64,000 bases of DNA from a virus (IMGVR_UViG_3300025009_000004:32001-96000); one strand, 5' to 3'. Numbered from the stretch's first letter, positions 1 to 8,371 are shown. Made by a program: numbers and translations. The notes: a model not told the origin generated them from the letters alone.

Positions 1-74
1 GGAGTTGAATGAAGAGTTTGATAAAGAAAGATATTTAAGAGCGGGGCCTGAATAAAATAACAAGGAGAAGCAAT

Positions 75-437
75 ATGAAACATAAATTAATATTAACCAA
101 CGCGATATTAGAACAGGCAAATGCTTGTTTTGATGGCATAATATGGGTCAGAGCATTAATGAAAAAATATCGTAAATCATGGTTGTCATTTTATGCAACG
201 TATAAGAAAGCACCAGATCATTATAAAGCATGGGCGTTACACAAAATTTCACCAAAATATACAGAATGGATATTATCACATGAAACACCAAACAGAATAG
301 CGGAGTTATTAACAACTAAACTTGTTCCATCATCGGATAATTCTGGGAAAGCATTAAATAATATTATGTGTCCCCACAACTCTGAAGAACAAATCACAAA
401 GATTATAAAGGATTATATTGTCAAACAAGGATGGTAA
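75..437 (+). CDS. hypothetical phage protein
   Basis: 120-aa ORF preceded by AAGGAG RBS; no recognisable motif. Confidence 0.7.
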   Translation: MKHKLILTNAILEQANACFDGIIWVRALMKKYRKSWLSFYATYKKAPDHYKAWALHKISPKYTEWILSHETPNRIAELLTTKLVPSSDNSGKALNNIMCPHNSEEQITKIIKDYIVKQGW

Positions 438-489
438 TCACCTATATTCCTAATTATGGATACAATTTAAAAGTAGATAAGGAGTAATC

Positions 490-858
490 ATGGGAATAAT
501 TAAAGATATCAAAAAAATAATAACAGAATATAGAGAAAACGAATCATTCGATAAGATTGATCTATGCAATTGGCTACAAGATTATATTGATAAGTATGCA
601 AAACAGCGAGTCAAATATGCCACTGATTATCAAAAAGACAATGTCGAATCAACTCGCGAGTATTCAGCCAAATGGAAGAAAGATAACCCAGAAGAATATA
701 AAACACAACAGAGAGAATATAAAAGAAAGGTTAATGGATATTATGAAAAACATAGCAAGGAAATACTTAGCAAAGCAGATGATAGTCTTAAAGATAATAG
801 AGACGCTGAAATTATTGAAGTTGGAATAAAAGATGAAAAGGAGTCAAATGATGAATAA
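490..858 (+). CDS. hypothetical protein with charged helical segment of the type often preceding HNH domains
   Basis: AAGGAG RBS; REYSAKWKKDNPEEYKTQQREYKRK helix; no HNH motif follows. Confidence 0.6.
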   Translation: MGIIKDIKKIITEYRENESFDKIDLCNWLQDYIDKYAKQRVKYATDYQKDNVESTREYSAKWKKDNPEEYKTQQREYKRKVNGYYEKHSKEILSKADDSLKDNRDAEIIEVGIKDEKESNDE

Positions 859-1054
859 GAATGATATGCCTTTATTTCCATTAATTAGCGCATTGGCGGG
901 ATATAGATTAATAGTTATTGACCCCAAGCAAATGCCTGGATTAAAGGAGGCTGATATAATGATTTCAAGAGGATTATATAATAAGATGAGAGATTTATGC
1001 CCTGCCGCATTTCCAGATAAAGAGGAGAAAAATAAAGATGAAGTTAAAAAATAA
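848..1054 (+). CDS. hypothetical protein
   Basis: AAGGAG upstream of ATGATG at 848/851; overlaps both neighbours. Confidence 0.55.
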   Translation: MMNKNDMPLFPLISALAGYRLIVIDPKQMPGLKEADIMISRGLYNKMRDLCPAAFPDKEEKNKDEVKK

Positions 1055-2009
1055 ATCATGGCAGGTTGATACGCATATTGTTCTAATGCCTGTATGCAAT
1101 GGAACGATACGCAAGATACTAAACGATAGGGTTAATAATAGGTTCACAGATATATATGTTCTGGATGTTGGGCCAGATTTCCATGACCCACAAGCAACAT
1201 ATGGCATAATTGAAAAGTATATGCGCTCTAATCAGAATATATTATGGGTTGACCATCATTTCGAGAATTGGAGCGAAGAAGCTAGATATAAATATAATGC
1301 TTCAAAGAATTTGATATTAGCTAACACAAGAAGTTGTGCAGAGATAGTTAAGAACATGAAGTTTGAAAAGTTATCTCGCAATCTTGTATGCTTCGGTACA
1401 GACGCAGATGGAATTATATCAGCAGCGTTATTATGTGCCGGCGACTTTCTTAACGATAGGCAGAAAGATAGATTAACTGATATAGCTATCAAATGCGATA
1501 CTGCGTCATTCTATAGCGACCAGTTAGCAACTAACTTTCATAAGGCAGTATATATAACAAGACTTAATGGCACATCAATACAGTTACTTGAACTTATGGT
1601 TAATTTAGCTAAGGCTAATTTTGCTAAAGGCAAGATTTACAAAGAACTCATGGCAACAGTAGATAAGTATGATGAAGTAATAGCGCCGGCCAATAGAAAG
1701 ATAACAAGCGGTCAGGATGTATTACTTATCAGCGACGTTAACAATACCAACGTTATTGTTTTTAACTCTGATAATGTATGTAATGCTGATCTAACATATA
1801 TATTTAGTAGATGTTATAACTATGGATATAAAATTGCTATCGTCGAGAACTCAACATTTATAAGAGTAGCAAGTAATACTTATGATTTGAAAGCTTTATT
1901 TAAATTAGATCATGGAATGAAATATAAAATACAGCTACCGAAAAAAGAATGGAAACTAAAAGATGTTTATGAAATATGTAAAAGGAGAGTAAACTATTAT
2001 GAATTATAA
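1038..2009 (+). CDS. DHH-family phosphoesterase-like protein with permuted motif order
   Basis: YVLDVG, WVDHH, TRSCAEIV and GTDADGIISAALL motifs. Confidence 0.7.
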   Translation: MKLKNKSWQVDTHIVLMPVCNGTIRKILNDRVNNRFTDIYVLDVGPDFHDPQATYGIIEKYMRSNQNILWVDHHFENWSEEARYKYNASKNLILANTRSCAEIVKNMKFEKLSRNLVCFGTDADGIISAALLCAGDFLNDRQKDRLTDIAIKCDTASFYSDQLATNFHKAVYITRLNGTSIQLLELMVNLAKANFAKGKIYKELMATVDKYDEVIAPANRKITSGQDVLLISDVNNTNVIVFNSDNVCNADLTYIFSRCYNYGYKIAIVENSTFIRVASNTYDLKALFKLDHGMKYKIQLPKKEWKLKDVYEICKRRVNYYEL

Positions 2010-2289
2010 AGTAAAATGTCCAGATTGTGAATGTGGACTTAGCCTTCAAGAGATTGTTGATGATAATAAATCTGATATATTAGACATGCTTGATAGCGAG
2101 ATTGAAGACGAAGCCACAGAAATGTTTAAAGAGTGGAGAAAAGAGGAAAAGATTGAACAGTTAGAATTTATAAAAGATAGCATTAAAGATTTGATAGACA
2201 AAGAGAAATATTTTACTAATGGCGATAAGATTGATTACAAAGAGGCACTTGTAAAAATAATGAAGGATAGTGAAGAATATGAAAAATGA
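1999..2289 (+). CDS. hypothetical protein with N-terminal CxxC
   Basis: AGGAG RBS; CPDC; acidic helical body. Confidence 0.65.
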   Translation: MNYKVKCPDCECGLSLQEIVDDNKSDILDMLDSEIEDEATEMFKEWRKEEKIEQLEFIKDSIKDLIDKEKYFTNGDKIDYKEALVKIMKDSEEYEK

Positions 2290-2863
2290 AAACCTTGAGA
2301 TAATAAAAGACAAGATAAATGAATTAATAAAAGGATACCCAGGGCCGAGTAAACCATTAATTATAAAACACTTTCAGCCTGCATTTGATGCGTCCGAGCG
2401 CATGGCTGCGGAGATTGAAAATTTAAAAACTATTATTAAATCATGTGAAATTGGTGAGAAAGGAATGCGCGAAGAAATAGCAGACTATCGGGGTAAAATT
2501 GCCCGCCTCAAGGCAGAGCTTGAATCCTACCAAAAAATAATTAATCTTTGTGATTATTGTATAAAAGAATATCCTGAATGTGATGCGCCTAAAGAGATAG
2601 AGTTTTCTGGTGCCGATGGTATAATAAAATGTTCTGCTTTTAAAGATGGGCGTAACTTATGGAAAACAATACGCGATCTCAAGGCCGAGCTGGAACAGAG
2701 GCCGGGGATTATATATTGTAAGGAATGTTACAAACGAGGTTTGGTGCAGTGCCCTATGTGGGATTATAGTATCAACAAAACTTTTGACGAAAGAGTTAGT
2801 CAAACCGATGATGATTTTTATTGTGCCAACGGCGTAAAGAAAGAAAGCGAGGGAAAACGATGA
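2270..2863 (+). CDS. hypothetical modular protein (coiled coil plus two Cys-rich modules)
   Basis: two LKAELE segments, each followed by a CxxC...C...C module. Confidence 0.65.
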   Translation: MKNMKNENLEIIKDKINELIKGYPGPSKPLIIKHFQPAFDASERMAAEIENLKTIIKSCEIGEKGMREEIADYRGKIARLKAELESYQKIINLCDYCIKEYPECDAPKEIEFSGADGIIKCSAFKDGRNLWKTIRDLKAELEQRPGIIYCKECYKRGLVQCPMWDYSINKTFDERVSQTDDDFYCANGVKKESEGKR

Positions 2864-3045
2864 CAACCATTCTTCTAATAATGTTTTTATTAAGTTTTCC
2901 AGTGCATACGAATGACCAATCTGAGTATATAACCGTTAAATCAATCAATAAGCATATAGCTCTGATATCTTATCCAGATGGAAAATAAATAAAAATAATC
3001 ATTTCCAAAGAAGGAAGAATAATAAAAAGCGAGGGAGAGAGATGA
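2860..3045 (+). pseudogene. small ORF with hydrophobic N-terminus interrupted by one in-frame TAA
   Basis: MTTILLIMFLLSFPV...YPDGK*IKIIISKEGRIIKSEGER*; TAA at 2986-2988; frame ends in the shared junction motif. Confidence 0.45.
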
Positions 3046-3221
3046 TAACAACACTTAAAGCGCATAATAAATGGTTATTAAAAAAACTAAATATGATTAG
3101 AGCCGAATATGGTGAGCCTTATGATATTTGTGGTGGACTAGAAATAAAAAACCCATTCTGGAGACTTATTGCTTTTGATAGCCAAAAAGTTAAATATAAA
3201 ATAATTATGGAAATATTATAA
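3042..3221 (+). CDS. small hypothetical protein (59 aa)
   Basis: starts inside junction motif copy 2: MITTLKAHNKW...KIIMEIL*. Confidence 0.5.
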   Translation: MITTLKAHNKWLLKKLNMIRAEYGEPYDICGGLEIKNPFWRLIAFDSQKVKYKIIMEIL

Positions 3222-3347
3222 TATTTTTATGATTATGGATTTGCTGGGAAACATGGGGAGCGATGCTCTTTCGAAAATGACACGAAAGCTAATACTATTT
3301 TTCTCGAATGTGGAGTTAAGGGTATATAAAGAAAGCGAGGATGAGAG

Positions 3348-3551
3348 ATGAAAATGGTTTTTATAAGCATCACAGTAGTCGATGATGAAAAGAAAAAAGA
3401 ATGGTCATCTGTTAAAAAGATACCATATCATGCTGGTGATGTAAATCAAGTAAACTTTGCAAGGTTTGACAGGATAAATCAAGTGCTTTACTGTTCGCAA
3501 GAAGCATTTAGAGAAATCGTAGAAAAGGTTGAGAGCGAGGATGAGAAATGA
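3348..3551 (+). CDS. hypothetical protein
   Basis: starts and ends in junction motifs. Confidence 0.65.
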   Translation: MKMVFISITVVDDEKKKEWSSVKKIPYHAGDVNQVNFARFDRINQVLYCSQEAFREIVEKVESEDEK

Positions 3552-3787
3552 AATATAGCATACGAAAATTGCATTGTAATATGACGCTCGACCAATGGCA
3601 CGATATAGAAAAATTTTATAACTCTATAACAAAAACATACGATATGTCTGTTGATGAGTGTTTGAAGACCGTTGGCCTTATTAGTATGAACGCGATAATA
3701 GTTGATGGCAAGCAAAGTCCATTAAACGAACAAGAGAAAGAATTTATAACTAATTTGTATGATGCCTATCGGAGGCGAAGAAAATAA
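3548..3787 (+). CDS. hypothetical protein
   Basis: ATGA-coupled to the upstream ORF. Confidence 0.65.
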   Translation: MKYSIRKLHCNMTLDQWHDIEKFYNSITKTYDMSVDECLKTVGLISMNAIIVDGKQSPLNEQEKEFITNLYDAYRRRRK

Positions 3788-4093
3788 ATGAATAGATGTA
3801 TTGATTGCCAACGTCAATTAATTAAAGACCATCAAGAAACACATGCAGATAATTATAATCTATGCAATAAATGCTATAAGAAAAGATTTGGCATTGAGCG
3901 CAGATATATTTATCAAAAAGAATCTAAGCAAAAATATTATCGATGTGCTATATGCAATCAAACATTTCCAACAAATGGGACTAAGATAGGGAATGAATGT
4001 AGCGCATGTAAATCTAAGAAAAATCATAGAATAAACAAAGGAAAGATGAAGGAGGTTGAAGCAGCTAATAATAAACTTATAAAAAATTTATGA
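3788..4093 (+). CDS. double zinc-ribbon protein, interrupted at its 3' end by the TnpB element
   Basis: four CxxC pairs; the likely original C-terminus (VWKWIYYK...NFTE*) lies at 5494-5594 beyond the element. Confidence 0.65.
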   Translation: MNRCIDCQRQLIKDHQETHADNYNLCNKCYKKRFGIERRYIYQKESKQKYYRCAICNQTFPTNGTKIGNECSACKSKKNHRINKGKMKEVEAANNKLIKNL

Positions 4094-5493
4094 AACTTAT
4101 TGACAAAGATAAAATAAGGAGGTGCAAGCATGCGAAAGGTAGTTCATGGCGGAGTTTATTTTAAACAAGAAACTAAAAACAGAATATTTGAATTAATGAA
4201 AGCCCAATGCTCCGCAATTCATTCTGCATTCCAAGCTATACATAAGTATGAACAGACGGGGAACGCAGTCAAGAAGTATGTTAAAATAAACTTTATGAAA
4301 TATCTAAATCAACGCTATGTTTCAGATGCTTGCACCGTTGCCTCTAGCATTATATCAGAACATGTACTGTTTGGCGGAAAGAGAACATGGGAAGAACTCC
4401 AAACGGGCAGAATTACTAAAGAACAATGGCTTCAAAAGCGAAACAGTCAGTTATTTTCACAAGGTGATGCAGCCAAGGATGGAAATCCTAACATCAGAAT
4501 TAAGGGAAACAAAATATATGTAAACGACCCTGCCATAAGAGGCAAGTGGCTAGAAGGCTCTGTGTTTATTCCTATTAAGTTTAAAGGATGGATTTCACAG
4601 TGCTATAATGCTCGTCTTATCTATAAAAATAATAAATTTAAGATAGTGATTTCATTTGAGGTCGAAACCCCCGAATTAATAATCACTTCTAAAAAGCAAG
4701 GCGTTATCGGGATAGACACTAACCCAGATCAGCTTGCAGTTTCTGAAACCAACAAAGATGGCAACCTTATCAATCATTATTCCTCCAAACTCCAAAGGAT
4801 TCAATTTGCTCGAAAGGAAAAGCGGGACTATGACGTTCAAGTAGCGGCCAAGAACATAGTAAATAGCGCCATTGATAAAGGAAAACCTATAGTTATAGAA
4901 AAATTAAACTTTAAAAAAGATAATAAAGGAACAAAGAAATTTAAGAGAATGAAACATAATTTCCTTTATCGTAAATTAACAGAAGCAATTAAGACTCAAG
5001 CCGCTAAACATGGCGTATTAGTAGAAGAAGTTAATCCAGCGTTTACAAGTATATTAGGTCAACTCAAATACCGAGGAATGCTCTCGTTGAGTTCTCATGA
5101 ATCTGCTGCGTTAGTGATAGCGCGTAGGGGAATGGGTTTTAGAGAACGGCAAACTTTTAATATAACTAAAGACCCCAAGAAATCGGGATATTGGAACCTT
5201 GAAGGAAGAAAATATTCGAAGAGTATTGGAACAAAAGCTTTAGATTATTTGAAAGATTGTTTCCTCAAGCCTCCGCTCACTGCGGTTGATTTGGTCCCGT
5301 TGTAATTGACGGCATATAATCATAATCCGGTGTCGCAAAGCCGGAGGGTAGTCGTGGATGAGAATTGGTCGTCCGTGCGGTGGAATCTGATCTATAGCAA
5401 TAAAGGTATAACAGAATGGGCTCCACGTCAGGAGAAAGAAAGGTCTCCTTCCAAATGTATAAGATTAAGTTTTTATATGTTTGGTAAACCAGG
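4056..5493 (+). mobile_element. non-autonomous IS607-like element carrying tnpB only
   Basis: AGGT at both junctions (4053-4056, 5491-5494); AAA(C/T)TTAT repeats at the left end and inverted variants at the right end; excision restores an in-frame ORF; no tnpA. Confidence 0.7.
4130..5305 (+). CDS. tnpB: TnpB-related RNA-guided nuclease (IS200/IS605/IS607 accessory protein) lacking the Zn finger
   Basis: RuvC-I GIDTNPDQLAV, RuvC-II IVIEKL, VNPAFTSILG, HESAALVIARR. Confidence 0.85.
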   Translation: MRKVVHGGVYFKQETKNRIFELMKAQCSAIHSAFQAIHKYEQTGNAVKKYVKINFMKYLNQRYVSDACTVASSIISEHVLFGGKRTWEELQTGRITKEQWLQKRNSQLFSQGDAAKDGNPNIRIKGNKIYVNDPAIRGKWLEGSVFIPIKFKGWISQCYNARLIYKNNKFKIVISFEVETPELIITSKKQGVIGIDTNPDQLAVSETNKDGNLINHYSSKLQRIQFARKEKRDYDVQVAAKNIVNSAIDKGKPIVIEKLNFKKDNKGTKKFKRMKHNFLYRKLTEAIKTQAAKHGVLVEEVNPAFTSILGQLKYRGMLSLSSHESAALVIARRGMGFRERQTFNITKDPKKSGYWNLEGRKYSKSIGTKALDYLKDCFLKPPLTAVDLVPL

Positions 5494-5515
5494 TATGGAA
5501 ATGGATATATTATAA
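5270..5515 (+). ncRNA. putative omegaRNA of the first TnpB; predicted guide begins TATGGAAATGG at 5494
   Basis: GC-richer, hairpin-forming tract between the tnpB 3' end and the element right end; 5' boundary approximate. Confidence 0.5.
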
Positions 5516-5603
5516 ACTTGAAGACAATAATAGATCGGCATTATATAGTCTCAAAGAGGATATAACCGATATATTATTAAACTTTACTGAGTAGGAGGCG
5601 AAT

Positions 5604-5669
5604 GTGATTGGAATATTACTATTAGCTATAGTAGTTATTATGGACAGTCTATTTGGAAGGAGAAGTTAA
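5604..5669 (+). CDS. 21-aa hydrophobic small peptide
   Basis: GGAGG RBS then GTG; MIGILLLAIVVIMDSLFGRRS. Confidence 0.4.
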   Translation: MIGILLLAIVVIMDSLFGRRS

Positions 5670-5688
5670 AAAAATAATAAGAAAGTTC

Positions 5689-5717
5689 TTGACGTTTAGA
5701 AACATCTATGGTAAAAT
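5689..5717 (+). promoter_or_regulatory. sigma70-type promoter of the replication operon
   Basis: TTGACG-17 nt-TAAAAT with extended -10 TG; preceded by TAAGAAAGTTC. Confidence 0.75.
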
Positions 5718-5757
5718 ATGATTAATGGAGGCAAATCAATGACAGGAGGAAAGCAAA

Positions 5758-5946
5758 GTGCAAGTAAATATTAAGATACCGGAAGACGATAACACAAGCA
5801 ATGCGGTATGTTTAAGGTTTGACGTAATTGCGAAAGCAATGCAGTTAAGCAAACAACAGGCAGTCATTCAGGCGCTTAATGAGTTTAATATAACTCACGC
5901 CAATGTATTAAACGACATGGCTTATCAGATACCAGAAACAAAATAA
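5758..5946 (+). CDS. putative ribbon-helix-helix DNA-binding protein
   Basis: AGGAGG RBS, GTG start; alternating beta strand QVNIKI followed by two helices (...LSKQQAVIQAL). Confidence 0.55.
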   Translation: MQVNIKIPEDDNTSNAVCLRFDVIAKAMQLSKQQAVIQALNEFNITHANVLNDMAYQIPETK

Positions 5947-5955
5947 CTAAATATC

Positions 5956-7098
5956 ATGAAAAGTTATAAAACAGAAATAAAATTAAATAATGAACAAAAA
6001 GAACAATTTCTAAAAACTATAGGAACTTGTCGATTTGTATATAATCTTTTTATTGATATCAATAAAGAGCGTTATGAATATGGCCAGCCTTTTATGTCTG
6101 GGATGTCTTTTTCAAAATGGCTAAACAGTCAATACATTCCAAATAGTCCAGACAAACAATGGATTAAAGAAGTTTCGAGTAAATCTGTAAAACAAAGCAT
6201 AGTGAATGCAGAGAAAGCATATAAAGCATTCTTAAAAACAAAGAAAGGATTTCCGAGATTTAAAAGTCGTAAAAGCAGCATGAATATGTATTTTGTTAAA
6301 ACAGATAACAAACAACCAATAATTTGTAAGCGACATAAAATAAAAATTCCAACTTTGGGATGGGTTCGACTAAAAGAATATGGATATATCCCTGTTTCCG
6401 AAGATATAACAAGTGGCAATATTTCAATGAAAGCAGGGAGGTTTTATGTTGCCGTTGTAACTCATGAAGAACATAAAATACAGAATAATAATACTAATAC
6501 TGGAATAGGAATTGATCTAGGCATAAAAGAATTAGCCGTACTATCGAATGGCAAGACTTTTAAAAACATTAACAAAACAATAGCCATTAAGAAACTTAAT
6601 AAGAAATTAAAAAGAGAACAGCGCAAACTTTCAAAGAAATATGAAAACAAGAAAAAGGGAGCAACTTTAGGAAGCAACTTTAATAAACAGTTATTAAGGA
6701 TTCGAATAATTTATAAAACTATAACAAACATAAAGCAAGACTATCAGTATAAAGTTGTGAATGAGATAGTGAGAACCAAGCCATCTTATATTACAATTGA
6801 AAATCTTAACATTAAAGGCATGATGAAGAATCGGCATTTATCAAGGGCTATTTCGCAACAAGGGCTTTACGGATTTATTCAAAAATTAAAATTTAAAGCC
6901 TATCTCAACGGAATAGAAATAAGACAGGTTGACAGATTTTACCCATCTTCTAAATTGTGCAGTAATTGTGGCAAAATAAAGAAAGATTTAAATCTTTCAG
7001 ATAGGATTTACAAATGTGAATGTGGGTTAATTATTGACCGTGATTTGAACGCGGCGATTAATTTACAACAAGCAACCGATTATAAGATTGCATGTTAA
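5956..7098 (+). CDS. tnpB: TnpB RNA-guided endonuclease (IS605/IS607 OrfB family)
   Basis: N-terminal OrfB HTH, GIDLG, ITIENLN, CSNC...CEC Zn finger, DRDLNAAINL; catalytic D-E-D intact. Confidence 0.92.
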   Translation: MKSYKTEIKLNNEQKEQFLKTIGTCRFVYNLFIDINKERYEYGQPFMSGMSFSKWLNSQYIPNSPDKQWIKEVSSKSVKQSIVNAEKAYKAFLKTKKGFPRFKSRKSSMNMYFVKTDNKQPIICKRHKIKIPTLGWVRLKEYGYIPVSEDITSGNISMKAGRFYVAVVTHEEHKIQNNNTNTGIGIDLGIKELAVLSNGKTFKNINKTIAIKKLNKKLKREQRKLSKKYENKKKGATLGSNFNKQLLRIRIIYKTITNIKQDYQYKVVNEIVRTKPSYITIENLNIKGMMKNRHLSRAISQQGLYGFIQKLKFKAYLNGIEIRQVDRFYPSSKLCSNCGKIKKDLNLSDRIYKCECGLIIDRDLNAAINLQQATDYKIAC

Positions 7099-7262
7099 AG
7101 AAATCTTATAATCAAGTACCGATGGCTTGTCGGGAATTTACGCCTTTGGACTGTTATATCAAACTGTAGTAGCGATGCGAGGCAGGACAGGTTGAAGAAG
7201 GAATTATCTAAAAGTTAGCAAAGCTAACTTCAAAGGAGCAGCGAACTAAATGAATTTCCAAA
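7078..7262 (+). ncRNA. putative TnpB omegaRNA (scaffold plus guide)
   Basis: scaffold conserved with the region 3' of the tnpB at 54779, with compensatory changes; ends approximate. Confidence 0.65.
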
Positions 7263-8371
7263 TTAGAAAAGCGGAAAGAACTCAGGTATGTCCTAAAATA
7301 GCAATATCTGGCCCATCGGGTTCAGGTAAAACATTATCAGCACTAATGATAGCTTATGGCATTACAAAAGACTGGTCAAAGATACTCGTCATCGATACAG
7401 AAAATAGCTCATCAGAATTATATTCAAACGCAGACATCAAGGGCTTATCAAAAAAGATAGGTCAGTTCGATGTTATTCCTTTCGGTCCTCCGTATGCACC
7501 AGAAAGATATGTACAGGCGATTCAGTGCGCCGAACAGGGAAACTATCAGGTTGTAATACTTGATAGCCTTTCTCACTCATGGAATGGCACTGGTGGCGCT
7601 CTCGATAAAGTCAACAATTCGAACTCAAGTAACTCATATGCGGCATGGAAACAGGTAACGCCGATATTCCAGAGAATGATTGATGCGATACTTCAGTCAA
7701 AATGCACGATAATCTGCACCATGAGGGCAAAACAGGATTATGTTATGGAAACGAATGAAAAGGGCAAACAAGTTCCTCGTAAGGTTGGTATGGCCCCGAT
7801 TATCCGCGATGGCATTGAATATGAGTTTACTACTGTATTTGATATTAATCTTGACCATTACGGCTTTACTTCTAAAGATAGAACTGGCATGTTTGGCGGT
7901 CAGCTTATTATGGATGAAAGCATCGGCACAGCATTCGAACAGTGGAGAGTATCTGGCGCTCCCGTAAGAGCGGTCGAACAGACTCCAGTTCAGTATGCAC
8001 AGAACACATTCCAACAGCAGCCATATCAACAGCCGACTTATCAGCCACAGCCTCAGCAGTATGCACAGCCCGTTCAACCACAGTATGTTCAGCCCCCTGT
8101 AATTCAACAGCCTGTCGCTACTATGGCGCCTTTGCCAACCAATGTATCATCAGAAAGGTCATCGGCTATTAGCGAGTTAATGTCGTTGTTCGGACAGATC
8201 GGCGTATCTGATAACCAAGAAGCACAGAAATCTTTAATATCACAGGCAACTGGCATAACTGAAGTAATATTTAAAAAACTTGGTGTTGAGCGTATAAGAG
8301 CAACATCAGATTTTATAAAACGTCAGAATGCACAGCCTGTAAACAATAGTGATCCTAAAGTATTATTTTAA
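7250..8371 (+). CDS. AAA ATPase, Sak4-like phage recombination protein
   Basis: Walker A GPSGSGKT, VIDTE, ILDSLSHSW, GIEYEF; Q/P-rich linker. Confidence 0.8.
   Translation: MNFQIRKAERTQVCPKIAISGPSGSGKTLSALMIAYGITKDWSKILVIDTENSSSELYSNADIKGLSKKIGQFDVIPFGPPYAPERYVQAIQCAEQGNYQVVILDSLSHSWNGTGGALDKVNNSNSSNSYAAWKQVTPIFQRMIDAILQSKCTIICTMRAKQDYVMETNEKGKQVPRKVGMAPIIRDGIEYEFTTVFDINLDHYGFTSKDRTGMFGGQLIMDESIGTAFEQWRVSGAPVRAVEQTPVQYAQNTFQQQPYQQPTYQPQPQQYAQPVQPQYVQPPVIQQPVATMAPLPTNVSSERSSAISELMSLFGQIGVSDNQEAQKSLISQATGITEVIFKKLGVERIRATSDFIKRQNAQPVNNSDPKVLF

Larger units (their letters stand above)
2843..3551 (+). repeat. four copies of a 21-nt gene-junction motif (about RAAAGCGAGGRWRARARATGA)
   Basis: copies at 2843-2863, 3025-3045, 3331-3351 and 3531-3551; each holds an RBS and an ATGA stop/start overlap. 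Confidence 0.8.

Noticed and set aside
3206-3214. Self-target for the predicted first guide (TATGGAAAT)
   Set aside because: Only 9 nt match and there is no GAGG-like TAM upstream
4056-4130. IStron (group I intron fused to the IS607-like element)
   Set aside because: Only about 75 nt lie between the left end and tnpB, too short for a group I core
5306-5515. 69-aa ORF after the first tnpB
   Set aside because: No RBS and a TTG start; better explained as omegaRNA and element right end
5945-7251. AACTAAAT on both sides of the second tnpB as a target-site duplication
   Set aside because: An 8-nt AT-rich match is plausible by chance, and IS605/IS607 elements do not create duplications
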